Shown in pieces: positions 29,968 through 39,229 of a stretch of DNA of 64,000 nt; the stretch's first letter is position 1; each line of letters starts with the position of its first letter. Position numbers and translations under genes: made by a program. The notes beneath the pieces are model-generated. The model had not been told where the DNA came from and searched no databases. It saw only the letters and a list, made by a program, of their open reading frames with translations. This DNA comes from Dehalococcoidia bacterium (GTDB lineage Bacteria > Chloroflexota > Dehalococcoidia > Plut-88900). The stretch lies in assembly GCA_965207225.1 (NCBI GenBank), contig CBDBLV010000005.1:1632001-1696000 (forward strand). Direction: 5' to 3'.

Positions 29968-30707
29968 CGGCCTCTTCCACTGCGGATCTTTTCGGCGTTC
30001 TTCAGGGCCTCCCGGCGACTTAATGGGCTGATCCTGTCTTCATTGCGGGCTATGTAAGCCTCCACGGTGTCGAGGTCGGTCCAGGCGAGGGAGCGTAGGG
30101 CCCAGCCGATGCCCTTGCGGATGAAGAAGTCGGGGTCCGGGAGGTTGGGGTCTATGCAGTCGAAGAGGAGGGAGAGGTCAGTCTGATCCTTGCGGTTGAG
30201 CTGGCAGATGATGGAGGAGCGTCGTTTCCACTTGTCGGGGTCACGGCTCCAGGAGCGCATTTCACGGGCCATCTCCTCGGGATATTGCTCCAGGAGTTCA
30301 CGGAGTCGGTGGGAGGCTATGCCGTCGACGTAGTCCCACCAGGCTCCGGTAACTACAAGCTCTTCGAAGAGGGGAAGGGTGTCCAGGGTGCGGAAGGGCT
30401 CGTAGGGCTTGGCTCCGGCAAGCTCCAGGGCGGCGTATCGCTCTTCCCGGTACTCGGCGTTTCTCCATAAGTCCAGGAGGGCATTCTGCCAGACGCCCTT
30501 GTCGTCGATGGGATGTTTGCGGAAGAGGTCTTTACAGAGACGGCGGAGGAGGGGCGTCTGGACGCCGCGGTAGGGCATCTCCGACTTCATGTAGCGCTTC
30601 ATGCCCTCGGCCTTGGTCGGGTCAGCGTTGTCGGTGAGGGCTTGGTGGAGGGCGGTGACTAAGGGGTGGGGATGGGATGGTAGGCTATGAGGTTGGTGAG
30701 TGGGCAA
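29964..30707 (-). CDS. DNA alkylation repair protein (AlkD-like)
   Basis: YREER, WWDYVD, FFIRKGIGWALR, LSRREALK; start uncertain. Confidence 0.9.
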   Translation of the reverse strand: MPTHQPHSLPSHPHPLVTALHQALTDNADPTKAEGMKRYMKSEMPYRGVQTPLLRRLCKDLFRKHPIDDKGVWQNALLDLWRNAEYREERYAALELAGAKPYEPFRTLDTLPLFEELVVTGAWWDYVDGIASHRLRELLEQYPEEMAREMRSWSRDPDKWKRRSSIICQLNRKDQTDLSLLFDCIDPNLPDPDFFIRKGIGWALRSLAWTDLDTVEAYIARNEDRISPLSRREALKNAEKIRSGRGR

Positions 30708-30712
30708 GTCCT

Positions 30713-30840
30713 AGACTCCTCGCGGGGCCTCGGAATGACAGGGGAGGGGGTTGGGTGGGGTCAGATGAAGTTGCAGAATCATGGGGCGTGGGCCACCCGT
30801 CAGCTCGACCCTTCGATTTTCTTCAGGATGAGCGGCCCTG
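30713..30840. repeat. Repeat family C and B copies
   Basis: AGACTCCTCGCGGGGCCTCGGAATGAC and CCCTTCGA....TCAGGATGAGCGG. Confidence 0.6.
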
Positions 30841-30902
30841 CCCCGGAGACGGGGAGCGGGAAATCGTGTATGGATAGGCCTGGCAACTGTAGAAGCGGGC
30901 GG

Positions 30903-31970
30903 CTAGTTTGCGGAGGGGAGGCCGTACATGCGGCGGGTGTTGTCGGCGAGGATGCCTTTCTTGGCGCTGAAGCTGAGGTCTTCGCGGGTCCAGAACTGCA
31001 TTACATTGTCGGGGTATTCGTTGTCCCAGTGGGGCCAGTCTGAGGCGTAGAAAAGGGCGTTTTCGCCGAGGATGTCTACGACCTGGGGGATGAGGTCTTC
31101 CGAGGGCTCGGCGTGGAAGAAGACGTTGTCGGACTTGATGTACTCGCTGGGAGGGTTCTTGCAGTCGACGGCTTCCCGGTGGCCTCGCTTCTCCCACTCC
31201 TCGTCCATGCGGTTCATGAAGAAGGGCACCCAGGTGCAGCCCGTCTCCAGGTAGCCTACCCTAAGATTGGGGAACCTTTCGAAGATGCCCTCGTAGGTCA
31301 TGTGGACAAGCTGGAGCATGTTGGACATGGGGAAGGAGGCGGTGTGCTTCTGGATGAACTTGTTGAAGCGCATGTATTCGGGGGTGCTGCCGTGGACGGC
31401 GACCAGGCAGTCGAGGCTCTGGGCCTCTTCGTAGAAGGGGTCGTACATCCTGGCCCCGAGACCACCGAAGCCGTGGGCCGGAACCGTCACCCCGGAGAAG
31501 CCGAGCTCGGTGATGGTGCGCTTCATCTCCTTGATAGACGAGTCTACGTCGAGCAAAGGCATGAGGGAGACGGCCCTGAGCCGGGGACTTACCGAGAGCC
31601 ACTCGTCGGCGAGGTAGGAGTTGTAGGCGCGGCAAAGGGCGGACATGTAGTCGGGATCGAAGATGTCGCCGTAACCGAGGAGGTTGGTCGGGAAGAGGAC
31701 GGTGGTGTCCATGTTGCCCCATTCGAGGGCCTCGATCCAGTCGCTGGGGAATGGGTAGCCCGCTGGCCCGACGCTGCCCTTGGTGCCGCCCATTGTCGTA
31801 TCGACGAAGCTCTGCCCGCTGAGGCTGCTGGCATGGCCGACGCGGCCCTGCTTGTCGGGGATGCCCTGCCAGAGGTTGGCGTTGTACGGGGCCTCCATGT
31901 AGTCCCGGATGCGGGTAGTGTCCTCCGCGATGTGACCATCGGCGTCCATGACCTTAAAGGGCAGTTCCAT
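30903..31970 (-). CDS. Amidohydrolase_2 family metal-dependent hydrolase/decarboxylase
   Basis: DADGH, FERFPNLR...ETGCTW, YASDWPHWD. Confidence 0.9.
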   Translation of the reverse strand: MELPFKVMDADGHIAEDTTRIRDYMEAPYNANLWQGIPDKQGRVGHASSLSGQSFVDTTMGGTKGSVGPAGYPFPSDWIEALEWGNMDTTVLFPTNLLGYGDIFDPDYMSALCRAYNSYLADEWLSVSPRLRAVSLMPLLDVDSSIKEMKRTITELGFSGVTVPAHGFGGLGARMYDPFYEEAQSLDCLVAVHGSTPEYMRFNKFIQKHTASFPMSNMLQLVHMTYEGIFERFPNLRVGYLETGCTWVPFFMNRMDEEWEKRGHREAVDCKNPPSEYIKSDNVFFHAEPSEDLIPQVVDILGENALFYASDWPHWDNEYPDNVMQFWTREDLSFSAKKGILADNTRRMYGLPSAN

Positions 31971-32042
31971 GATCGACCTCCTCCACTAAAGTCACCTGAG
32001 GCCTGTTCGGACTAATGGTCGCTGTGGACCCGAGCTATGCAG

Positions 32043-33491
32043 TTAGTGGGCGCCGTTGCTGCCGTTGACCCTGACTATGGAGGTGGGCGGGGACTTGTGG
32101 AAGGAGATGGAGGCGTCCTTGCCAAGGCGGTTTTCGGCCTCGGCGATGGCGTCCTCGACGGTGTGGAAGGGCTCGAATCCTAGTTGTCGGGCGACATCGA
32201 AGTCGGTGGCGCCGGCGAGGAACATGCCGGAGAGGTGCCGGGAGGGGGCGCCGCGGGTGTTCCACATGAAGAAGGGGTGGGCGCCGTGGAAGCCGTAGCC
32301 GTAGCGGTACTTGTGGATGAACTCGGGGCGGTGGGCGAAGTCGTCGGAAAAGAGGTTCCAGAGCTCGTAGGGGTCGAGGGTCACGGGGAGGAGGCGCTCG
32401 TAGAACTCCCGGTAGGAGGGGTGGTGGATGTCGTCGAACTGGTTCTTGCAGGGATGGCTGAGGATGATGATGCCTCCCGGCCGGATCAGGGGCTGGTTCT
32501 GGAACATTGAGTAGGTGTACTCGAAGCCCTGATCAGTGACGAGAAGGGGGTTGATGAAGGAGTTGTGGGCGTAGGAAGTCTTGCTGGTCACGCCATAGAG
32601 GCCGATGTCGCTCTGGCCGTCCACGTCGAGGACCTGGAGGGAGCTGAGGGCGTCGAGGGTGTGGACGTGGACATCGGGGGTGTGGCCGGCGAAGACAGCG
32701 GTAACTTCATAGGGCTCCGTGGATGTGACCACTGACTCGATGCTGAATATGCGGCGGCCCTTTTCGGCCAGGTGGTCTTCGATGATCTTGCCCTGCTCCC
32801 AGACGAGCTTGTGGAAGGAGGAGATCTTGGGGTCCATGACGGACTTCCCAGAGGCGAAGGGGAAGGGTCGGTGGTGATGGCGGATGCTGCGGAAGGTGCC
32901 GAGGCCCACGGCCACCGACTTCCAGCCGCCGCTGAAGGGGATCTGGGTCAGGTTGAGGTAGATGAGGAGGTCGGAATCGGTGACGGCGCGGTTGACCTCG
33001 ACCTCAAAGCCGCGGTGGGTCTCGCCGAGGAAGATGAGCTCGTCGGGGTTTTCGGCGTCGTGGCAGCGGAGGCGCTGGGCGGGCCATAAGACGCTGATGC
33101 GCTCTCCGACGATGGGGGCGAGCTCGGAGCGGGTCCACTTGCGGTGGAGGGCGTTGGCGCAGAGGAGGAGGATGTCGGCAAGCTCGACGCCGGCCTTCTG
33201 AAGCTCTTCGAGGAGGACGCTGATGGCGACCTGCCGGAAGTCGACGCCCCTGGTCTGAACGCCGCCGGGGTCGTCGAAGGCGATGGTGACCTTGGCGCCC
33301 TTGCCCACGAGCTTGTGAAGGGGGTCATGGGCGATGGGGTTGGCGATGGCCCCCCTGATGGCGGCTTCGAGATCGGGGACGGGCTTGGCGGAAGAGTTGC
33401 CGTTGGCCTTGATTACCCGGGTCCGCTCCGGGAGATCGACGTCGATCCAGTGGTCGCCGTACCAGAGCTGTTCCTTGATGGTGGATGGCAT
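32043..33491 (-). CDS. Lactate racemase (LarA/DUF2088) domain protein
   Basis: KVTIAFDD, ANALHRK, CHDAE, GGWKSVAVG; start at MPSTIK after an AAGGAG RBS. Confidence 0.8.
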   Translation of the reverse strand: MPSTIKEQLWYGDHWIDVDLPERTRVIKANGNSSAKPVPDLEAAIRGAIANPIAHDPLHKLVGKGAKVTIAFDDPGGVQTRGVDFRQVAISVLLEELQKAGVELADILLLCANALHRKWTRSELAPIVGERISVLWPAQRLRCHDAENPDELIFLGETHRGFEVEVNRAVTDSDLLIYLNLTQIPFSGGWKSVAVGLGTFRSIRHHHRPFPFASGKSVMDPKISSFHKLVWEQGKIIEDHLAEKGRRIFSIESVVTSTEPYEVTAVFAGHTPDVHVHTLDALSSLQVLDVDGQSDIGLYGVTSKTSYAHNSFINPLLVTDQGFEYTYSMFQNQPLIRPGGIIILSHPCKNQFDDIHHPSYREFYERLLPVTLDPYELWNLFSDDFAHRPEFIHKYRYGYGFHGAHPFFMWNTRGAPSRHLSGMFLAGATDFDVARQLGFEPFHTVEDAIAEAENRLGKDASISFHKSPPTSIVRVNGSNGAH

Positions 33492-33706
33492 TGCGGTCTC
33501 CTTGGGTGGGGGTGTCGTGTTGGGGGGAGTATACAACACGGGGGGATGGAGAGAACGCCATCAAACAGAGGCGGCGAGGCGCTTGGATATGGGGGGAGGG
33601 GGTGGGGGGTTATTGGTTAGCGGGTTGTTTCCTTTCTATACGTGGGCCCCTCGGGAGGGTGACCGGGGATCGTCCCTACGGAGGGGGGACACCCCCGGCC
33701 CCACCG

Positions 33707-33837
33707 GGGAACCCTCCCCCCTTGATCCCCCTCTCCCTTAGGGCCTTTAAGGGAGAGGGAGAGAGAAGAACAGAGGCAGAGGTTGGCGCTCCAGCGCCAA
33801 CCTCTGCCTCTAGTTCAGTACTGGGGAGAGGGGAGGG
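33707..33837. repeat. Repeat family A, full copy
   Basis: Same flanks as 22671; perfect 19-bp-arm palindrome at 33772-33811. Confidence 0.8.
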
Positions 33838-33895
33838 AATGACGGAGGGGAAAGGAGTGGAATGCGGAGAGGATGTGGGAAGAGGGCTGTTGTGA

Positions 33896-34000
33896 GAAAT
33901 CCCTTGCGGGGCATCGGGATGATATGGCCGGAGGTGGGCCGATATGGTCAGAGGTGACTGGTTAACGGTCGTGAGAGATCCCTCGCGGGGCATCGGGATG
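33896..34000. repeat. Two repeat family C copies
   Basis: GA(A/G)ATCCCT(T/C)GCGGGGCATCGGGATG occurs twice. Confidence 0.7.
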
Positions 34001-34032
34001 GGAAGGGGGGGTGGGTGAGGTCTGTCAACCAG

Positions 34033-34365
34033 TCACTCAGCGTACGCCTCGGCGATGATGCGGCGAAGGTGCGATGCATCTTCTGGGGAAAGGCGGTCGA
34101 TGCGACGTCCCAAGCGCCGCTTGCTTATGGTGCGAATTTGGTCAACAGCAATCTCCGCGTCCTTTCCCCCGCACCGCACTTGCAAACGGCCACGCCAGCC
34201 TGGATGCAGCCTGGAAGTGAGAGGACAGACGACCACCGTTTCGAGGAACCGGTTCATCTCATCACGGCTAACCACTGCCACGGGCCTAGTCTTGTGGACC
34301 TCACGGCCCACAGTCGGGTCCAGGTCGGCAATATAGATGCCATATCGCCGAGGAAAAGAGGCCAT
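34033..34365 (-). CDS. PemK/MazF family toxin
   Basis: LDPTVGRE..KTRP.AVVS, VCPLTS, DQIRTISK.RL. Confidence 0.93.
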   Translation of the reverse strand: MASFPRRYGIYIADLDPTVGREVHKTRPVAVVSRDEMNRFLETVVVCPLTSRLHPGWRGRLQVRCGGKDAEIAVDQIRTISKRRLGRRIDRLSPEDASHLRRIIAEAYAE

Positions 34366-34601
34366 CAGTCCAGGCCGTCGGCTATGGCGACATCGAAGTC
34401 GCTCCAGTCCTCCGCTTCAACAGCCATTGCCCTAGAGGTCTCTTCCCAGGACAGATTATGGGTGTCCTTGCCGCGCAAGACCACGCTTTCTTCCAGCTCT
34501 TCAAGGGTCAGGATACCGGCCCATCCGTACTTGTCCAGCAGAGCCTTGGGAAGACGGATGCCTTTGGAGTTGCCGATGCGAATAAGCTTCGTTTCTCGCA
34601 T
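34365..34601 (-). CDS. AbrB/MazE family antitoxin
   Basis: IRIGNSKGIRLPK; overlaps the toxin start. Confidence 0.9.
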   Translation of the reverse strand: MRETKLIRIGNSKGIRLPKALLDKYGWAGILTLEELEESVVLRGKDTHNLSWEETSRAMAVEAEDWSDFDVAIADGLD

Positions 34602-34618
34602 GTAATTATGGTAATTAC
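34602..34618. promoter_or_regulatory. Putative TA autoregulatory operator
   Basis: GTAATTA-tgg-TAATTAC inverted repeat abutting the antitoxin start. Confidence 0.55.
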
Positions 34619-34716
34619 CTATGCTTGCGAGTGTCAAGGCTGTCTCCGGACACCCCGCGTCCGGGGATGGATGACTGACAGGAGTGGGGAATGATGGGAG
34701 AGTTAGAGAGGAGGGA

Positions 34717-35721
34717 TCAGGTGACGAGGGGGAGGACGTGTTCAGCGAAGTACTGGATTGTTTCGTCGACCGTGGGGCCGGGAACTTCGGGGATGTGCTG
34801 GGGGGCGAGGATGATTTCGTCGAGGCCTTCAACCGTAGAAAGCTGCTTGATGCAGGCGATGGCGTCTTCTTTGTCGCCGCCGAGGGCGAAGCGGTCAATG
34901 TACTTGCCGGGGATACGGAATTCTTCGATGACGTAGGAGCGGGAGTGTCGGGAGGGGTTGTAATTGGCCTTGAGCTTCTCGATTAAGGGCAGGTCTTCTT
35001 CGTCGAAGAGGTCAGGGTTGGACATGTTGATAATGACGCCGACAGGGCCGTTCAGCTTCCACCGGGCGACATCCCGGTCGGGGCCCAGGCTGGTCTGGAG
35101 CCAGCAGGATAGGCTGGTATCTTCGGGTCGCTTGCCTACTTCCGCGGCCGCTTCCTTGAACATGTTGACGCCTGTGGCCATGCTAGCCGGGTTTCGTTCC
35201 CTGAGGATGATTGCGCCGTCGGCCATGCGGCCCGAGGCCCGGGTGAGCCGGGGGCCGGTGGCGGCAACGTAGATGGGGACGTTGGTCGGGCCATTCAGCC
35301 AACCGAGCTTGCCCCTGCCTCCTTCGTCGAATTCTACCTCTTCATTCTGGAGGAGGCCCTTGACCTGGTCGATGTAGGTTTCCAGTCGGGAGATGGAGAC
35401 GGGACGTCGGCCGATGGACCGGACGCCGCTGTCGCCGGTGCTGATGCCGGCGCGGATACGGCCCGTGGCGATTTCGTTGAGGGAGGCGAAGGCGCTGGCG
35501 GTGACGCTGGCGTGTCGGGTGGAGGGCATAGTGACGCCGACGCCCAGGGTGATGCGGGAGGTACTGAGGGCACAGGCGGTCATCTCGACGTAGACCTCAC
35601 GGCAGATGCGCTGGAGGTCGCCGAACCAGACGGTGTCGAAGCCGAGGGCCTCGATTTTCTGGACGCGTTCGACGATCCGGGGCATGGGTTGGTTGCCGAA
35701 GACGCTGACGGCGAATTTCAT
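34717..35721 (-). CDS. LLM-class (Mer-like, possibly F420-dependent) oxidoreductase
   Basis: GFDTVWFGD, TRHASVTASAFASLNE, PIYVAATGP. Confidence 0.88.
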   Translation of the reverse strand: MKFAVSVFGNQPMPRIVERVQKIEALGFDTVWFGDLQRICREVYVEMTACALSTSRITLGVGVTMPSTRHASVTASAFASLNEIATGRIRAGISTGDSGVRSIGRRPVSISRLETYIDQVKGLLQNEEVEFDEGGRGKLGWLNGPTNVPIYVAATGPRLTRASGRMADGAIILRERNPASMATGVNMFKEAAAEVGKRPEDTSLSCWLQTSLGPDRDVARWKLNGPVGVIINMSNPDLFDEEDLPLIEKLKANYNPSRHSRSYVIEEFRIPGKYIDRFALGGDKEDAIACIKQLSTVEGLDEIILAPQHIPEVPGPTVDETIQYFAEHVLPLVT

Positions 35722-35767
35722 GGGTTAGACCTCATCGTGGCTACTTGTAACATCCTTGCTCCACCCC

Positions 35768-35903
35768 CCGCTCATACTTCGAGGGCCTCAGCACGAGCGG
35801 CCCCGCGGCCTGGGGAGGGGAATCACCCTCACCCTAGCCCTCTCCCCTCAAGGGAGAGGGAATAGGACACCCCGCCCCAGCCCGGTGTTCTTGGGAATGA
35901 CGG
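35768..35903. repeat. Cluster of family B, short family A-like and C repeats
   Basis: CCGCTCATACTTCGAGGGCCTCAGCACGAGCGG; TCACCCTCACCCTAGCCCTCTCCCCTCAAGGGAGAGGG. Confidence 0.75.
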
Positions 35904-35917
35904 TTCAATGGAATGGG

Positions 35918-38617
35918 TTATTGGCTGAGTTCTGAGAGGCGTTGGAGGAGGTTGGACTCTTCTTCTTGCCAGCCGGTGAGTCGGGAGCGCTCTTTCTCTA
36001 CGACGTTGGCCGGGGCCTTGGATAGGAACTGTTCGTTGGAGAGTCGGGACTGGACCTGGCCGATGCGTTTGCGGAGGTCTTCTAGGGAGGACTCGAGGCG
36101 CTGGCGTTCCCCGGCGAAGTCGAAGAGGCCGGCGAGGGGGAGGAATACGCGGGTGGCTTTTTCGACGACCATAATGGAGTTTTCGGGTTGTGGGGCGTCG
36201 GCGGGACGGGCCTCGACTGTGCAGACGGCGAGGTTTTCGAGGAAGGAGCGTCCACCGGCGCCTAGGGTCTCGCCGTCAAGCAGGACGGCGGGGACTTTCT
36301 TTCCTGCCTCGACCTTGCGCTCGGCGCGGACGTTGCGGACGCCGCGGACGAGGGACATGAGAAGGTCGGCCCACTCCTCGGCCTCTGGGTTGATGGCAGA
36401 GGGGTCGGGAGTGGGGTAGGGGGCGATCATTGTGGAGTCGGGGCGGTCTGGGGAGTCGGGCATACGCTGGATGAGGCTCTGCCAGATTTCTTCGGTGATG
36501 AAGGGCATGAAGGGGTGGAGGAGTCGGAGGGAGGACTCCAGGACGTGGGCGAGGACCGGGGCGGGGGAGGGGGAGTCGGAATTGTCTCGGAGGCGGACCT
36601 TGGCGATTTCGATATACCAGTCGCAGAACTCGTTCCAGATGAAATCGTGGACGTATTCCTGGGCGTCGCCTAGTCGGAAGGAGGTGAGGGCACGGGTGAC
36701 GTCTTCGATGGTGCGGTTGAGTCGGCTGAGAATCCAGCGGTCTTCTATGGGGAGGGAGATAGGAGAGGAGTCACCCTCACCCTGACCCTCTCCCATCAAG
36801 GGAGAGGGGAGGGAGGACTGGTCTAGGATGGAGATTACGTATCGGGAGGCGTTCCAGAGCTTGTTGGTGAAGTTGCGGCTGGAGCGGATCTTGGCCTGAC
36901 TGAGCCGGCTGTCGTTGCCGGGAGCGGTGCCGACGGTGAGGGCAAAGCGGAGGGCGTCGGCGCCGTGTTCGTCGATAATGTCCAAGGGGTTGAGGACGTT
37001 GCCCTTGACTTTGCTCATCTTCTCGCCGTGCTCATCCTGGATGAGGCCATGGAGGTAGACGGTGTGGAAGGGGATGTCGTCCATGTTCTGGATGCCCATC
37101 ATGATCATGCGGGCGACCCAGAAGAAGAGGATGTCGTAGCCGGTCTCGAGGACAGAGCCGGGGTAGAAGTAGCGGAGGTCTTCGGTGTCGTCGGGCCAGC
37201 CGAGGGTAGAGTGGGGCCAGAGGCCGGAGCTGAACCAGGTGTCCAGGACGTCGGGGTCCTGGCGGATGTTGGTGGAGGGGCAGGCTTCACAGGTGGTCGG
37301 GTCTTCGAGGGATACGGTGAGATGGTCGCAGCCGTCGCAGTACCAGACGGGGATGCGGTGGCCCCACCAGAGCTGGCGGCTGATGCACCAGTCCCGGATG
37401 TTGTCCATCCAGTTGAGGTAGACCTTGGTGAAGCGGTCGGGAACTATGCGTATGCGGCCCTCGGTGACGGCTCGGGCGGCGGCGTCGGCCATGGGAGCGA
37501 CCTTGACGAACCACTGTTTGCCGACGGTCGGGTCAACGACAGTGTTGCAGCGCTGGCAGTGGCCGACGGAGTGAGTTAGGGGTTCGACCTTTTCGAGGAG
37601 GCCGTCGGATTCCAGGTCTTCGAGGATCCGGGTGCGGCACTCGGCGACAGACATGCCCTGGTATTGGGGGCCTGCGGCGTCGGTCATGGTGGACTGGGGG
37701 CCGATGACGGTGATCAGGGGCAAATCGTGGCGTTGGGCGATATCGAAGTCGTTGGGGTCGTGGGCGGGTGTGACTTTGACGGCGCCCGTGCCGAACTCGA
37801 GGTCTACGACGGAGTCCGTGATGACGGGGACGGGTCGGTTGAGGCGTGGGAGCAGCACGTCGTGTCCGACCAAGTCTGCGAAGCGTTCATCGTCGGGATT
37901 GACGGCGACGGCGGTGTCGCCGAGGAGGGTCTCGGGGCGGGTGGTGGCGACGGTGAGGTGGCGGGTCGGGTCCAGGGAGTGGGGATAACGGATGTAGTAG
38001 AGCTTGCTATCGACTTCCTGGTGGATTACTTCGAGGTCTGAGAGGGCGGTGGAGCAGCGGGGGCACCAGTTGATGATGCGCTCGCCGCGGTAGATGAGGC
38101 CCTTGTTGTAGAGGTTGACGAAGGTGGTGCGGACGGCCCGGCTGGGGCCCTCGTCGAGGGTGAAGCGTTCTCGGGACCAGTCGCAGGAGGCGCCGAGTCG
38201 CTTGTGCTGCTCGGCGATGGTGCGTCCGTATTGCCGGACCCACTGCCAGACCCTTTCGACGAAGGCCTCCCGGCCGATTTCCTGCCGGGTCTTGCCCTCC
38301 TTGACGAGTTGGCGTTCGACGACGACCTGGGTGGCGATGCCTGCGTGGTCGGAGCCCGGGAGCCAGAGGGTGGGGTCGCCCATCATGCGGTGCCAGCGGA
38401 TGAGGGCGTCTTCGGCGGCGGCGGTGAGGGCGTGGCCGAGGTGGAGTTCACCGGTGACGTTGGGCGGGGGCATGATGATGACAAAGGGCTGCTTGCCCTC
38501 CTGTATGCGAGGCTTGAAGTAGCCTTTGTCCATCCAGGACTTGTAGATGCGGCCTTCGACCTCTGAGGGGTCGTATACCTTGGGGATACGGGCGAGATTT
38601 TCAGTGCGCGTTGTCAT
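35918..38617 (-). CDS. valS: Valine--tRNA ligase
   Basis: PPPNVTGELHLGH, DWCISRQLWWGH, KMSK, C-terminal coiled coil. Confidence 0.98.
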   Translation of the reverse strand: MTTRTENLARIPKVYDPSEVEGRIYKSWMDKGYFKPRIQEGKQPFVIIMPPPNVTGELHLGHALTAAAEDALIRWHRMMGDPTLWLPGSDHAGIATQVVVERQLVKEGKTRQEIGREAFVERVWQWVRQYGRTIAEQHKRLGASCDWSRERFTLDEGPSRAVRTTFVNLYNKGLIYRGERIINWCPRCSTALSDLEVIHQEVDSKLYYIRYPHSLDPTRHLTVATTRPETLLGDTAVAVNPDDERFADLVGHDVLLPRLNRPVPVITDSVVDLEFGTGAVKVTPAHDPNDFDIAQRHDLPLITVIGPQSTMTDAAGPQYQGMSVAECRTRILEDLESDGLLEKVEPLTHSVGHCQRCNTVVDPTVGKQWFVKVAPMADAAARAVTEGRIRIVPDRFTKVYLNWMDNIRDWCISRQLWWGHRIPVWYCDGCDHLTVSLEDPTTCEACPSTNIRQDPDVLDTWFSSGLWPHSTLGWPDDTEDLRYFYPGSVLETGYDILFFWVARMIMMGIQNMDDIPFHTVYLHGLIQDEHGEKMSKVKGNVLNPLDIIDEHGADALRFALTVGTAPGNDSRLSQAKIRSSRNFTNKLWNASRYVISILDQSSLPSPLMGEGQGEGDSSPISLPIEDRWILSRLNRTIEDVTRALTSFRLGDAQEYVHDFIWNEFCDWYIEIAKVRLRDNSDSPSPAPVLAHVLESSLRLLHPFMPFITEEIWQSLIQRMPDSPDRPDSTMIAPYPTPDPSAINPEAEEWADLLMSLVRGVRNVRAERKVEAGKKVPAVLLDGETLGAGGRSFLENLAVCTVEARPADAPQPENSIMVVEKATRVFLPLAGLFDFAGERQRLESSLEDLRKRIGQVQSRLSNEQFLSKAPANVVEKERSRLTGWQEEESNLLQRLSELSQ
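36771..36809. repeat. Palindromic repeat inside the valS coding sequence
   Basis: Nearly identical to intergenic 35823-35861; encodes PSPLMGEGQGEG. Confidence 0.8.
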
Positions 38618-38675
38618 GGTTGGGGTGTCGGGGGGAGGGCGGACTTTTCGGGACTTGCAAGCACGGTGTGGGTCG

Positions 38676-38705
38676 ATTCTAACTTTGAGGGGAATGGGGA
38701 GTCAA
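38676..38705 (-). promoter_or_regulatory. Putative valS promoter
   Basis: TTGACT-18 nt-TAGAAT on the minus strand. Confidence 0.5.
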
Positions 38706-39229
38706 TTGGAGGGGAGGGTGCGCCGCGTCACGCGGCATAGGATACCCGACTCACTCGGGAGGGACTCGGAGGAAGTCCCTGGGTCAACCGACCTACCTTG
38801 AGGCGAAAGCCGAGGGGGAAAACAGCATGTCGGTAAAGCGGCTACGGCCCCAAAGCGTTGTAGGGCCGGTTCCGCAAGACCCGCGCGATATGGTGAAGGC
38901 TTGATTGCTTGAACCCCAGTCTCCAGTTGGTGAAAATCGCCACCCGCCGGTAGAACGCTTGTAACCCGGCGCCGCTCATCGCATGGATGTGTCCTGTCAA
39001 TCCGTGCACCTCCGATGAGCGGGCAATGACCCATGCGGTCAATTCAAGGAGACGAACGGGGCACCTACAGTCGCGCTAGAACGTCCTATGCTGACGGAAC
39101 GCGGGATCGCCTAAGGGACGCGAGTCCTATGGTGACGGAGCCTCCGTAGTAGTCCGAGGACGGGAAAGCCGTCCACATGGCGAAGGGAGGCAGGTGTCAA
39201 ACCGAAACTCAGAAAAGGAGGTGCGCGAG

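Noticed and set aside
38618-38717. T-box leader for valS (also checked before alaS)
   Set aside because: Leaders are short and no T-box consensus is visible.
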